Source: Clostridiaceae bacterium (GTDB taxonomy: Bacteria > Bacillota > Clostridia > CAYPLH01 > DUMO01). Taken from it: DNA of 64,000 nucleotides. The position numbers and the translations under genes were made by a program. The DNA lies in the NCBI GenBank assembly GCA_012839865.1, contig DUMO01000045.1:1-64000 (forward strand), in the 5' to 3' direction. A model generated the notes under the pieces. It ran no database searches. It was given only the letters and a program-made list of their open reading frames with translations, and was not told where the DNA came from. Shown here in pieces: positions 52,109-62,464 of this stretch (position 1 is its first letter; each line of letters starts with the position of its first letter).

Positions 52109-52187
52109 TATATGCAGAACAACATCAAATGGCTTTGTTTTGCTACTGGATTTGCTTCGAAAATATCCCTGTTCTGCATACATCTCA

Positions 52188-52997
52188 TTAAACTGTGTTA
52201 ATTGTGTTCATTGTGTTCATTTCCCTGTATTTTTTGGGTGTAGTACCGGTATATTTTAAAAACAGGCGGTTGAAGGTTCTTATTGAATTGAACCCGGTGC
52301 TGTAAGCTATATCAGTAATGCTCCTGTCCTCACTGATAAGAAGCCTGCAGGCTTTGGATATTCTAAGAGTTCCTATGTACTCTGTAAAACTCATTCGAAG
52401 TTTTTCCGAAAAAAGGCGCGAAATATGATATCTGCTAATATGCAGGGCTTTTGATACTTTTTCGAGATTTATATCCCTGGTGTAATTTTCGGAACAATAA
52501 TTCAATAGTGCCAGAACAGTATTGGAATCCGGTGATTTCGAATCTTTAAACTCCATCATCCGGAACAGTTCAGAGAGCAATATCAAAAAATATCCTTTTA
52601 TACATATGTGATATAAAGGTCCTTTCTGCATGTTGATTTCAACTATACTTTCAGCAATTGAAAGCAACTTGCCGTTTATTAGAGCATTTTTTATAATCGG
52701 CGAAACAGGAATCTTGCCTGAAAACACATTTTGGAACTCAGGACATAGTTCCGGCGGGAAGATACTTATAAAATATCTCTCAGTATCAATTTTTTGATAT
52801 TGATGTATTTGATTGGGGAAGATAATAAAAGCATCTCCCGCATTGGCAATATATTCATTTGAATCAACAATCAGCCTGGTCCTGCCTTCCAGCATTAATA
52901 CCAGTTCGATATGATTATGGAGATGCGCACCAAAGGCCAGGCTTTTTCCAAAATATGCATATATAGATGAAGCCTTGTTCTCATAAAAAAACTTCAT
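52188..52997 (-). CDS. Cupin-AraC transcriptional regulator
   Basis: HLHNHIEL cupin; C-terminal HTH (GFNSIRTFNRLF...TP). Confidence 0.92.
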   Translation of the reverse strand: MKFFYENKASSIYAYFGKSLAFGAHLHNHIELVLMLEGRTRLIVDSNEYIANAGDAFIIFPNQIHQYQKIDTERYFISIFPPELCPEFQNVFSGKIPVSPIIKNALINGKLLSIAESIVEINMQKGPLYHICIKGYFLILLSELFRMMEFKDSKSPDSNTVLALLNYCSENYTRDINLEKVSKALHISRYHISRLFSEKLRMSFTEYIGTLRISKACRLLISEDRSITDIAYSTGFNSIRTFNRLFLKYTGTTPKKYREMNTMNTINTV

Positions 52998-53303
52998 ACA
53001 AGTTTAGAGTTCAATTAATTTTGTCTTAAAGCCGTGAACTCCATAGCACCTGCCTTCCTGAAATATTAGCTTTCTGAAGCTATGCTTATGAAAAAAACAG
53101 CAATATTTGTCTTGATTTTGTTTCTTTTTAACTTGTATCGTAACACTATATGACTTAAAATGCAATTGTAAACATGGGTTTTCAGCAATTTTCGCAAACT
53201 GCTTTTATACATGCAGAATACATACAGTAAAGCCTTTTCACAAGCATGGAAAGCAAAAGCCAAAGGAAGTTTTTCCGGAATATTAAGATGGGAGGAATCA
53301 GTC

Positions 53304-54122
53304 ATGAAATTTCCAATTGCACTACAGGTATATTCTGTCAGGGACGTATTAGAAAAGGATTTTTTCGGAACACTGCACAAGGTAAAGGAGCTTGGCTACG
53401 ATGGGGTTGAGTTTGCGGGCCTTTACGGGAACAAGCCTCAGGAAATCGGCAAATTTTTAAAAAGTATCGGACTCATCCCATTATCGGCACATGTACCTTT
53501 TGTCGACCTCATTGCCGACCCGAAGAAAGTTGTCAGTGAATATGCTGAAATTGGCTGCAGCTACATAGCAATACCATACCTTACACCTGAATATCGTCCA
53601 AATGCTGAAAAATTCAATGAAGTTATCAAAGGTGCGGAGATCATTGGCAAGGCTGCCTCAGAAGCAGGTTTAACACTACTGTACCACAACCATGATTTTG
53701 AATTTGACAAGATAAACGGCAAGTATGCATTGGATGTTTTGTATGAAAGTGTACCTTGTGAGCTTTTAAAAACTCAGATTGATACATGTTGGGTAAATGT
53801 CGGCGGAGAAAATCCGGCAGATTATATAAGAAAGTATTCCGGCCGCGCTCCTGTTGTCCATTTGAAGGACTTCGTCATGCCCGGGAGGAAACCTGCAAAA
53901 ATGTATAATCTCATAGGAATTGATGAAGATAAAAATGACACTGAAACTACAGCCTTTGAATTCCGTCCTTTAGGGCATGGTGTGCAAAACTTCCCTGAAA
54001 TTTTAAAAGCATGTGAGGATGCAGGCACACAATGGGTTGTTGTTGAGCAGGACAAACCGTCCATGGGCAAAACTTCAATGGAGTGTGCAAAAATCAGTAT
54101 TGATTATTTAAAAAATCTTTAA
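53304..54122 (+). CDS. Sugar phosphate isomerase/epimerase (AP endonuclease 2 TIM barrel)
   Basis: LQVYSVRD, GYDGVEFAG, YHNHDFEF, QIDTCW, VHLKD, VEQD. Confidence 0.88.
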   Translation: MKFPIALQVYSVRDVLEKDFFGTLHKVKELGYDGVEFAGLYGNKPQEIGKFLKSIGLIPLSAHVPFVDLIADPKKVVSEYAEIGCSYIAIPYLTPEYRPNAEKFNEVIKGAEIIGKAASEAGLTLLYHNHDFEFDKINGKYALDVLYESVPCELLKTQIDTCWVNVGGENPADYIRKYSGRAPVVHLKDFVMPGRKPAKMYNLIGIDEDKNDTETTAFEFRPLGHGVQNFPEILKACEDAGTQWVVVEQDKPSMGKTSMECAKISIDYLKNL

Positions 54123-54184
54123 TAATTCGCTTGTTACCACACCTTTTATCATACAACCCCTGCTGCAAAAGGCAGGGGCTTCTT

Positions 54185-55246
54185 CTATTTTATACTTCGC
54201 AAACCTGATTTCATAGCCAGCATCCTGAGGAACGAATTATACATAAACGGTGATTTTAAATTTTTCCAAAGTATATTAAGCTTAATATTACTCATCTTCT
54301 CTTTATATCTTTCCAGAAATCCATCTATTCCTTCATTGAGGCTCTGGGCCAGGTATAAGGAACTTTTTAAGGCATAGCTTATTCCCTCAGCTGAACTTGG
54401 ACTAATTGCACCTGCCGCTTCTCCAATTAACGCAATGTTATCTTTACCGGTATATAATTGCTTTGTTTTCCTGGTTCTATAAATATATGCACCTTCAGTT
54501 TTGATTTTATCATTAAAATTAAAACCCAACTGTGCCAGCTTTCGCTTTAACAAATCATACTTTTCTCTTGCATGAGCTCCGGGCTTGAGAGCTGATCCGA
54601 GTATCAGATAATTATCCTTCGGAATTATCCAGGAGTAAAAATCACTTATTTCCTCATCAAAGATTGCCGTATAATATGGCATAAGATCTGAATATTCAAA
54701 CCATTCCTGGATTGCAATATACTTTTCAGGACTGTTTGCATTCCCGCTAATGCATTTTCTTATAAGAGAAGATGCACCATCGGCACCTATTATGACTCTC
54801 GCCCTTGCAAGGATTTCTTGCCTGTTGTTGGTATATTTAACTTCATATCCTCCAGGTATTTTTGACAGACCCTTAAAAACAGAATTCAATTTTATTTCAA
54901 TACTGTCCGGCAATTTAGAAACCAGCCATCTGTCAAATCTATCTCTATCCATGTTGAAATAGAATCTCTGGTACAGCCTTTCCAGATTATTGGTGAGGTC
55001 AATTGTTCTTACCGCAAAAAGCTGTGGATCAACCAGAATATCCTTGGGTATTCCCAATCCGAGCCTGGCAATTATCTTTTGTGCATCCGGCGCCAATAAA
55101 CCGCCGCAGCACTTGCTGATGCAATGTCCGGAATTCTCTTTTCCCAAATCCCGTTTTTCGATTAAAAGAATCTTATATTTATCTCCAATAAGCCGTGCAA
55201 GGTTGGCACCAGCCGGTCCTGCCCCGACAATTACAATATCATACAT
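54185..55246 (-). CDS. CbrA/geranylgeranyl-reductase-like FAD-dependent oxidoreductase
   Basis: GAGPAG, KCCGGLLAPDAQK, GADGASS, GEAAGAISPSSAEGISYAL. Confidence 0.85.
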   Translation of the reverse strand: MYDIVIVGAGPAGANLARLIGDKYKILLIEKRDLGKENSGHCISKCCGGLLAPDAQKIIARLGLGIPKDILVDPQLFAVRTIDLTNNLERLYQRFYFNMDRDRFDRWLVSKLPDSIEIKLNSVFKGLSKIPGGYEVKYTNNRQEILARARVIIGADGASSLIRKCISGNANSPEKYIAIQEWFEYSDLMPYYTAIFDEEISDFYSWIIPKDNYLILGSALKPGAHAREKYDLLKRKLAQLGFNFNDKIKTEGAYIYRTRKTKQLYTGKDNIALIGEAAGAISPSSAEGISYALKSSLYLAQSLNEGIDGFLERYKEKMSNIKLNILWKNLKSPFMYNSFLRMLAMKSGLRSIK

Positions 55247-55378
55247 AAATACACCTCGCAGATACAACTGCTTTTATACTATACCATACCTTAAGCGGTT
55301 TCCATCATTTCCTCTGCATAATAACTCACGAACCCCTGAAAAACCTTAAACAAGGCAGGGCATTTCTCTTGCCGTTCA

Positions 55379-56425
55379 TTACTCCAGTAAAATATCACCG
55401 GCAGTAATAATACTATTGTATTGAAACAATTCGGCCTTAATGCATCGTGTATCTGCCGGAACAGGTTCTTCAATGATACAAGCCTTCAGTTGCAAACCCA
55501 AAACACCAAAAGGTTTGTCGGGGCGACATATAAATCCTGTAGCAGTGGCACTGTTTCCTCTTGCAGGTTTGGAATCAAGATACCTTTCAGTATAAAAATT
55601 AAGTGAAATACCTTCCTCGCATTCATACTCGATAACAGGCAAATACATTCCTCTGGGGCAAATTTGTGAAAAATTCCTGATAATATTTGCTTTGGCTTTA
55701 TCAAATTCCTCCGGAGCCATTTTCTCTTTTATTTCTGGATTACTGAAGGTTTTTTCAATTTCTTCCCACATATCCAATAAGTACACCCGGTTTATCTGCA
55801 CCCAGTGCTTTTCGCCGGTTTTAGAATTGCTGAACCATATTTTTTCGGGATATTCACCGTTAATGGTTAAATCGACCGGCTGCTCCACAAGATTGGCAGT
55901 ACTGCAAGGTCCGATATTAAAACGTATCGGAGGATTATCTCCGAAAGCCGGTATTTCTGAGTAATCTCCAACAAGCTCCATGCTGGTGAGAAACAGTTTG
56001 TCAATGCTTTGATAATCAATGCCTTCAGGCTTCCAGCCTTTACGCAAAAATTCAGAGAGCAGCAACACGCATTCAAAATCCTGCACACTGAGTCTTTTGG
56101 TTTCAGAACTTTGGCTTTCAAACTTTTCAGTTCCTATACATACGCTTCTGGTCCACTGAAAAGGACTTCTTGCATCATTCCTTAGCCTGGCACACAATAT
56201 TGCACGGTTATTATCAGGTATATCTTCATAATCCAATTCTGTTTCCTCTTCCTCATTACTTTGGTGAAACACCTCATCATACTGAAGAACAAGAAGCCGC
56301 AATTCCCTGCCATAACGAACCACACCCATTACATGGCAGATAACTCCGTCCACTTCTGTATTCTTTCCGATTACTTTGATTTCTTCAATGAGTGATAATA
56401 AATGATTCAAATGCCGTATATTCAT
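55379..56425 (-). CDS. Hypothetical protein
   Basis: Long ORF with SD GGAGG; no domain recognised. Confidence 0.75.
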   Translation of the reverse strand: MNIRHLNHLLSLIEEIKVIGKNTEVDGVICHVMGVVRYGRELRLLVLQYDEVFHQSNEEEETELDYEDIPDNNRAILCARLRNDARSPFQWTRSVCIGTEKFESQSSETKRLSVQDFECVLLLSEFLRKGWKPEGIDYQSIDKLFLTSMELVGDYSEIPAFGDNPPIRFNIGPCSTANLVEQPVDLTINGEYPEKIWFSNSKTGEKHWVQINRVYLLDMWEEIEKTFSNPEIKEKMAPEEFDKAKANIIRNFSQICPRGMYLPVIEYECEEGISLNFYTERYLDSKPARGNSATATGFICRPDKPFGVLGLQLKACIIEEPVPADTRCIKAELFQYNSIITAGDILLE

Positions 56426-56700
56426 AAAATCCTCCGTAAAATGCATGTCAATGCTTCCCCTGTCAAAACAAAAGCAATAACTTTAATAAGCTTTCATAAG
56501 TACATTATGCCAAACCTTCAGGGTTAATGTCCATATATCATTTCATTATTCCTATTTCATAAACAATCAGCTCTACTACGGTCTGCAGTCAGGTCCGCAT
56601 CCGATCCACATTTATGGACTATTGGCAGGAATTGTGATATTATAAAAAGTAAATAATAATGAATAGGTGCTTTTGATGGGCTTTTTGGTTTTAGATAAAA

Positions 56701-57006
56701 ATGAACGAGAAAAAAATTTCCCAACAAGCTGCAGAAAAGGCAATAAAAGCTTTTTTATACTCAAAGGGCGCAGATTTTGTGTGGGGGCACTCGGTTGTTG
56801 AATCATGTGTCTCCGCTGCGGAGTATGACAAAAATTTTGTGAACCTGAAAAGTACAGCTGCATCCCTGGATAAGTACTATATTCCTACAAGATACCCGGA
56901 CGGATTGCCGGGTGGGATCCCCTATGAGGCTTATGACAGGGATGATGCTAAGATGGCCCTTGATAAATCGAAAAAAATTATTGAGTATGTAAAAAGCGCT
57001 ATATAG
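56701..57006 (+). pseudogene. N-terminally truncated HEPN-domain protein
   Basis: SQQAAEKAIKA, GHS, LDKYYIPTRYPD; the first helices are missing; no nucleotidyltransferase partner nearby. Confidence 0.7.
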
Positions 57007-57022
57007 CAAAGGATGAAATAAA

Positions 57023-57700
57023 ATGGAAAGACAAAAAACAGTTTTAAAGATAATAGATACCGGACTTATAGCAACAATTCGAACTGATAATGCCGAAACA
57101 GCCGAGAGGATTGCATATGCCTGTTTTGAGGGTGGAGTAACCGCCCTTGAGATTACCTTCAACGTTCCCGGAGTACAAAATATTATATACAAACTTACCT
57201 CCAAATTCGGTTCGGAAGGCAATATAATAGGCGCAGGGACGGTTCTCGACCCTGAAACCGCCAGAATTGCCATACTGTCAGGCGCCCGGTTTATAGTTGC
57301 TCCAAGCCTTAATGCGGAAACAATAAAGCTTTGCAACAGGTACCAGGTGCCATGCATCCCTGGTGCCATGTCGGTTAAGGAAGTTATTGAATGCATGGAA
57401 GCCGGAGCAGATTTAATCAAGATCTTTCCCGGTGAGGTTTGCGGACCAAAAATAATAAAGGCAATTCACGGTCCCCTGCCATATGCCCCGCTAATACCCT
57501 TCGGAGGAGTCACAACGGATAATGTTGCCGAATGGATCAAAGCAGGTGCCATGGCAGTGGGGGTTGGCAGCAGTTTGATAAAGGGAGCTGAAACCGGGGA
57601 CTATAATGCTATCACTTTAACTGCGCGGGAATTTATAAAAAGGATTAAAGAAGCACGGGAGACTGGAAGCCCAAAATCAGGTTCAAATCACATTAATTGA
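57023..57700 (+). CDS. eda: KDPG/KHG aldolase
   Basis: LEITF, GAGTVLD, FIVAP, PGAM, IKIFP, PFGGV. Confidence 0.9.
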   Translation: MERQKTVLKIIDTGLIATIRTDNAETAERIAYACFEGGVTALEITFNVPGVQNIIYKLTSKFGSEGNIIGAGTVLDPETARIAILSGARFIVAPSLNAETIKLCNRYQVPCIPGAMSVKEVIECMEAGADLIKIFPGEVCGPKIIKAIHGPLPYAPLIPFGGVTTDNVAEWIKAGAMAVGVGSSLIKGAETGDYNAITLTAREFIKRIKEARETGSPKSGSNHIN

Positions 57701-57877
57701 TGTAAATTGATACGCCTGGGCAGAATAAAGCGTGCTTGCTGCTTCAACAATCTGAATTAAAGCCACGCTTGCTGCTTCAGCGATCCAAATCAACTTTTCC
57801 GATTCTTCCCAATTCCCATCGGGCAGTGATTCACATCATGATTATTATGGAGTACATGATAATTCCCTTATATTAAC

Positions 57878-57907
57878 AAAGCCGATTCGTTTGTTCGAAT
57901 CGGCTTT
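57878..57907. terminator. Terminator downstream of hydA
   Basis: AAAGCCGATTCG-TTTGTT-CGAATCGGCTTT. Confidence 0.8.
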
Positions 57908-57954
57908 GGGGTGTCTGATGCTCCTATTTGGAGAATGGAGCGAGGTGCTGGCAA

Positions 57955-59709
57955 TTATTTAGTTTCGGGATAGTTATCTCTTGCATGATAATGTGTATGC
58001 AACAGTTCATGAGCCTTTTCACTACCCGGTTTTTCAAAATACTCGTTGTACATTTTCTTAACAGCCGGATTCTCATGAGACTTTCTTACATGCATGCTTC
58101 TGTCTTCGTCGTAAATAGCTTTTGCTCTCTCACTTCTAAGGTCAATCCAGCTTCTAACTTCGGAAGGTTGTATCGGTTGTCCTCCGCCGTTTACACAACC
58201 GCCCGGACAAGCCATGATTTCTACGAAGTGATATTGCTCTCCGGCTTTAATTCTTTCAAGAAGCTTTCTTGCATTGCCCAGTCCATGAGCAACTGCGGCT
58301 TTCAGTGTAAGAGCGCCGATTCTTATAGAAGCTTCTTTTACTCCCTTGGTACCTCTAACTTCGTTATATTCAATGCTGTCATCAGGTACTTTCTTACCTG
58401 TAATCAACTCTGTTGCGGTTCTTAAAGCAGCTTCCATAACACCGCCTGTAGCTCCGAAAATAACGCCTGCGCCTGAAGCCTCTCCCATCGGGTCATCAAA
58501 ATATCTCTCAGGCAGATTGTTGAAATCAATTGCAGCTTCACGAATCATTCTTGCCAGTTCTCTGGTTGTTAATACTACATCCACATCGGGATAACCGGTG
58601 GATGACAGTTCAGGTCTTTGTGCCTCGAATTTCTTGGCTGTGCAAGGCATTATTGATACCACAAATATCTTGGAGGGATCAATACCCTCTTTTTCAGCAT
58701 AATAGGATTTCAAAACCGCTCCAAACATTTCATGAGGCGATTTGCATGTTGAAAGGTTGTCTAAAAACTCCGGATAATTATGTTCGCAGAATTTTATCCA
58801 ACCAGGGCTGCAGGATGTAATAAGCGGAAGCTTTCCTCCGTTTTTAATCCTGTCAATAAGCTCGTTTACTTCCTCCATGATAGTCAGGTCTGCTGCTGTA
58901 TCAGTGTCAAACACCTTTTTGAATCCAAGACGGCGGAGAGCTGCTACCATTTTGCTTGTAACCCTTGAACCTATAGGCATTCCAAATTCTTCACCAAGAG
59001 CAACTCTTACTGCAGGAGCCGTCTGCACGATAACATACTTGTCATTATCAGCCAGAGCCTGCCATACCTTGTCTGTATCATCCTTTTCTCTTAAAGCACC
59101 CACAGGACAAACAGTGATACACTGTCCGCACATTGTACACGGTACTTCATTGAGAGATTTATTGAATGCGGATGAAACAATTGTTTTAAATCCTCTTTCA
59201 GTAGTGTCGATAACTCCTACTTCCTGGACATTCTTGCACATGCTTACACAACGTCTGCAAAGAACGCACTTGTTAGGATCCCTAACAATGGAAGGGGAAA
59301 AATCGTCAAGGGGCAACTTATAAGTTTCACCATCAAAATGGATATCATTAATATTCAATTCTTCTGCCAGCTTTTGAAGCTCACAGGTTCTGCTTCTGGT
59401 ACAAGTCAGGCACTTTCTGTCATGGTTTGACAGTATGAGCTCAAGGGTAACCCTTCTGGATTCTCTGACAGCAGGAGTCTGGGTGTATATTTCAAGACCC
59501 TCGGATACCGGATATACGCAAGCAGCCTGAAGACTTTTAGCTCCTTTTATTTCAACAACGCACATTCTGCAAGCTCCAATTTCATTGATGCCTTTCAGGT
59601 AGCAAAGAGTCGGGATTTTAATGTTTGCATACTTAGCTGCTTCCAAAACCGTATAATTTTTTGGAACTCTGATTTTTCTAGTATCGATAGTTATATTTAC
59701 CATTTCCAT
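57955..59709 (-). CDS. hydA: [FeFe]-hydrogenase catalytic subunit (HydA/HndD)
   Basis: H-cluster motifs TSCSPGW, MPCTAKKFE, EIMACPGGCVNGGG; N-terminal Fe-S domains. Confidence 0.96.
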   Translation of the reverse strand: MEMVNITIDTRKIRVPKNYTVLEAAKYANIKIPTLCYLKGINEIGACRMCVVEIKGAKSLQAACVYPVSEGLEIYTQTPAVRESRRVTLELILSNHDRKCLTCTRSRTCELQKLAEELNINDIHFDGETYKLPLDDFSPSIVRDPNKCVLCRRCVSMCKNVQEVGVIDTTERGFKTIVSSAFNKSLNEVPCTMCGQCITVCPVGALREKDDTDKVWQALADNDKYVIVQTAPAVRVALGEEFGMPIGSRVTSKMVAALRRLGFKKVFDTDTAADLTIMEEVNELIDRIKNGGKLPLITSCSPGWIKFCEHNYPEFLDNLSTCKSPHEMFGAVLKSYYAEKEGIDPSKIFVVSIMPCTAKKFEAQRPELSSTGYPDVDVVLTTRELARMIREAAIDFNNLPERYFDDPMGEASGAGVIFGATGGVMEAALRTATELITGKKVPDDSIEYNEVRGTKGVKEASIRIGALTLKAAVAHGLGNARKLLERIKAGEQYHFVEIMACPGGCVNGGGQPIQPSEVRSWIDLRSERAKAIYDEDRSMHVRKSHENPAVKKMYNEYFEKPGSEKAHELLHTHYHARDNYPETK

Positions 59710-59729
59710 AATTTCTCACTCCCCTTCCT

Positions 59730-61526
59730 TTATACGTTCTTATATATGGCCTTGAACGGACATTTTTCCATACAAGTGCCACACTTGATACACTTATCCT
59801 GATCAATCTTATATGGTTTCTTCTTCTCACCTGTAATACAGCCAATAGGACAGTTCCTTGCGCAGATTCCGCAACTCTTGCAGGCATCCTCATGAATAAC
59901 ATACCTGGTAATGGATTTGCACACTCCTGCAGGACATGTCTTATCATTAACATGGGCAAGATACTCATCCTTGAAGTATCTTAAAGTGCTAAGCACGGGG
60001 TTTGGAGCAGTCTGTCCAAGTCCGCAAAGAGCAGAAGCCTTTATATTCTTTGCTAAAACCTCAAGCTTTTCTATATCCTCAAGTGTTCCTTTTCCGTCAG
60101 TTATCTTGTTCAGAATTTCAAGCATTCTTTTTGTGCCGATACGGCAAGGCGGACATTTACCGCAGGATTCATCAACCGTGAATTCCAGGAAGAATTTTGC
60201 TATATCAACCATACAGGTATCCTGATCCATTACGATCATACCACCGGAACCCATCATGGCACCAAGCTGTGTAAGTGAGTCATAATCGATTGGCGTGTCA
60301 ATGCATTCAGCCGGCACACAACCACCTGACGGTCCTCCCATCTGAACAGCTTTAAAATTCTTACCTCCCGGTATTCCTCCACCGATGTCGTAAATTACTT
60401 CTCTTAAAGTTGTACCCATCGGAATTTCAACCAGACCGGTGTTATTGATCTTGCCGCCAAGAGCAAATACTTTTGTACCTTTGCTTCTTTCAGTTCCGAC
60501 AGATGCAAACCATTCAGGACCGTTCAATATAATTTGCGGAATGTTTGCGTATGTCTCAACGTTATTGAGCAATGTGGGTTTCTGCCACAATCCCTGGTTT
60601 GCAGGGAATGGCGGTCTTGGCCTTGGTTCTCCCCTCTTGCCTTCAATTGATGTCATAAGTGCAGTTTCCTCACCGCATACAAATGCGCCGGCTCCAAGTC
60701 TTAACTCCAGGTCAAAATCAAAGCCTGTCCCAAATATATTTTTACCCAGCAGCCCAAGTTCCTTGGCCTGGCCGATGGCAATATTAAGTCTTCTTACAGC
60801 TATCGGATATTCAGCCCTTACATAAATGTAGCCCTGGTTTGAGCCAATTGCATAACCTGCAATTGCCATTGCCTCAATTACCGCGTGGGGATCGCCCTCC
60901 AGAATGCTTCTGTCCATAAATGCACCCGGATCGCCTTCATCAGCGTTGCAGCAAACATATTTCTGGTCACCCTGTGCACGGGCGGTAAATTCCCATTTCA
61001 ACCCGGTCGGGAAACCTCCGCCGCCTCTTCCCCTCAGTCCTGAGCGCTTGATTATGTCTATTACTTCTCCGGGCTTCATTTCAGTAAGTACTTTACCCAG
61101 AGCCCTATAGCCGTCACATGCAATATACTCGTTTATTTCCTCAGGATTAATCACACCACAGTTCTTTAAAACAACCCTGTGTTGTTTCTGGAAGAACTCA
61201 ACCCCTTCAATGGATACTCTGGACTCTTCCTCCTGACGTGCTTCAATGAGCAGCCTTTTTACAATTCTTCCTTTAACAAGGTGTTCTTCGACTATTTCCC
61301 TGATGTCTTCAACCTTTACCATTGTATACATACAGCCCTCTGGATAAATAACCACTATCGGGCCCTTTTCACAAAAGCCAAAACATCCTGTTTTAACGAT
61401 CTTAACTTCGTTTTCCAGATTGTTTTTTTTCAACTGCTTCTCAAACTCCTCGGTTAATACCGTAGAGCCTGAAGCCGTACAACCTGTACCTCCGCATATA
61501 AGTACGTGAGATCTGAAAATTTGCAT
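59730..61526 (-). CDS. hydB: NuoF-like FMN/NADH subunit (HydB/HndC)
   Basis: LRGRGGGGFPTG, NADEGDPG, CGEETAL, ESCGKCPPCR, C-terminal 2x[4Fe-4S]. Confidence 0.95.
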   Translation of the reverse strand: MQIFRSHVLICGGTGCTASGSTVLTEEFEKQLKKNNLENEVKIVKTGCFGFCEKGPIVVIYPEGCMYTMVKVEDIREIVEEHLVKGRIVKRLLIEARQEEESRVSIEGVEFFQKQHRVVLKNCGVINPEEINEYIACDGYRALGKVLTEMKPGEVIDIIKRSGLRGRGGGGFPTGLKWEFTARAQGDQKYVCCNADEGDPGAFMDRSILEGDPHAVIEAMAIAGYAIGSNQGYIYVRAEYPIAVRRLNIAIGQAKELGLLGKNIFGTGFDFDLELRLGAGAFVCGEETALMTSIEGKRGEPRPRPPFPANQGLWQKPTLLNNVETYANIPQIILNGPEWFASVGTERSKGTKVFALGGKINNTGLVEIPMGTTLREVIYDIGGGIPGGKNFKAVQMGGPSGGCVPAECIDTPIDYDSLTQLGAMMGSGGMIVMDQDTCMVDIAKFFLEFTVDESCGKCPPCRIGTKRMLEILNKITDGKGTLEDIEKLEVLAKNIKASALCGLGQTAPNPVLSTLRYFKDEYLAHVNDKTCPAGVCKSITRYVIHEDACKSCGICARNCPIGCITGEKKKPYKIDQDKCIKCGTCMEKCPFKAIYKNV

Positions 61527-61539
61527 TGGTCTCCCCCCT

Positions 61540-61914
61540 TTAATTCTTCGATTCAAACTGTCCTATTGTGTACTCAATAACCGGCTTGCCGTTTACTATG
61601 TGTTCAGCAACAATACGTCTTACTTTTTCAGATGTCAACTTGACATAAGTAAATCTCTTACCGTTTGTATCAATAATTTCAGCCATGGGTTCCAGTCTGC
61701 AAACACCCATGCAACCAGTCATGGTAACAACAACATTATCTATGTTTCTCTTTTTCAGTTCTTCCATAAAAGCATTCATAACAGGTCTTGCACCTGCTGC
61801 TATTCCGCATGTTGCCATTCCGACAACAACTCTCATACCGTCTTTATTTTTTCTCAAATTTATCTGTTCCTGAGCCTTATTTCTTATGGCTTCAAGTTCA
61901 GCCAGTGATTTCAT
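61540..61914 (-). CDS. Thioredoxin-like [2Fe-2S] ferredoxin subunit (HndB/HydD-like)
   Basis: VGMATCGIAAGA, TGCMGVCRLEP. Confidence 0.88.
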   Translation of the reverse strand: MKSLAELEAIRNKAQEQINLRKNKDGMRVVVGMATCGIAAGARPVMNAFMEELKKRNIDNVVVTMTGCMGVCRLEPMAEIIDTNGKRFTYVKLTSEKVRRIVAEHIVNGKPVIEYTIGQFESKN

Positions 61915-62461
61915 TCAAAACACCTCCAAACATTTTGTTAACATTTTCATTTACGAACTCCTTGATCCAGGTTATTACCTCGTAATTATCCAGCGGCACA
62001 TCACCCAGCTGTCTCTTTACTTCAAAGGAATTAAACACGAATTTTTCTTCTCCGGCGGTAATAACCAGTTCAATCTCAACCTCAGGTGTCATCATTACTA
62101 GGCATGAAACTGTTTCACCTACATCTCCAAGGGGTGGGCGGTCTATATTGTCTATAGCAAAGGTTGCCAGTATTTCTGTTCCCTTCCCTTTTTCGGACTT
62201 TATGTGCATCATTCCGCCTGATCTTTCGCAAGATGCCTTGAACAACGGTATGCCAAGCCCCACCTTTCGGGTATTTCGGCTTGTGAAAAACGGATCTGTA
62301 ATCATATGAAGTATATCTTTTTCAATCCCTTTTCCATTATCCTTTATCAATATTTCAAGCTTTCCACCGTTGTCAGCCTTAAGGCTTATCTCCACCCTGG
62401 ACGCTTCAGCTGCCAGGGAATTTTGCACTATATCCAGAAGATGCAGAGAAATATCTTTCAT
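61898..62461 (-). CDS. HATPase_c (kinase-like ATP-binding) protein of the hydrogenase cluster
   Basis: LDIVQNS, DNGKG, DPFFTSR, VGLGIP, GKGT. Confidence 0.85.
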   Translation of the reverse strand: MKDISLHLLDIVQNSLAAEASRVEISLKADNGGKLEILIKDNGKGIEKDILHMITDPFFTSRNTRKVGLGIPLFKASCERSGGMMHIKSEKGKGTEILATFAIDNIDRPPLGDVGETVSCLVMMTPEVEIELVITAGEEKFVFNSFEVKRQLGDVPLDNYEVITWIKEFVNENVNKMFGGVLNEITG

Positions 62462-62464
62462 ATG

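Noticed and set aside
52190..52220. 9-bp tandem repeat (MNT-MNT-INT) at the araC 3' end
   Set aside because: Three copies in a non-conserved tail, frame-neutral; probably slippage.
57727..57785. 13-bp direct repeat GCTTGCTGCTTCA x2 downstream of eda
   Set aside because: Only two copies, with no convincing ORF or family; probably a local duplication in decayed DNA.
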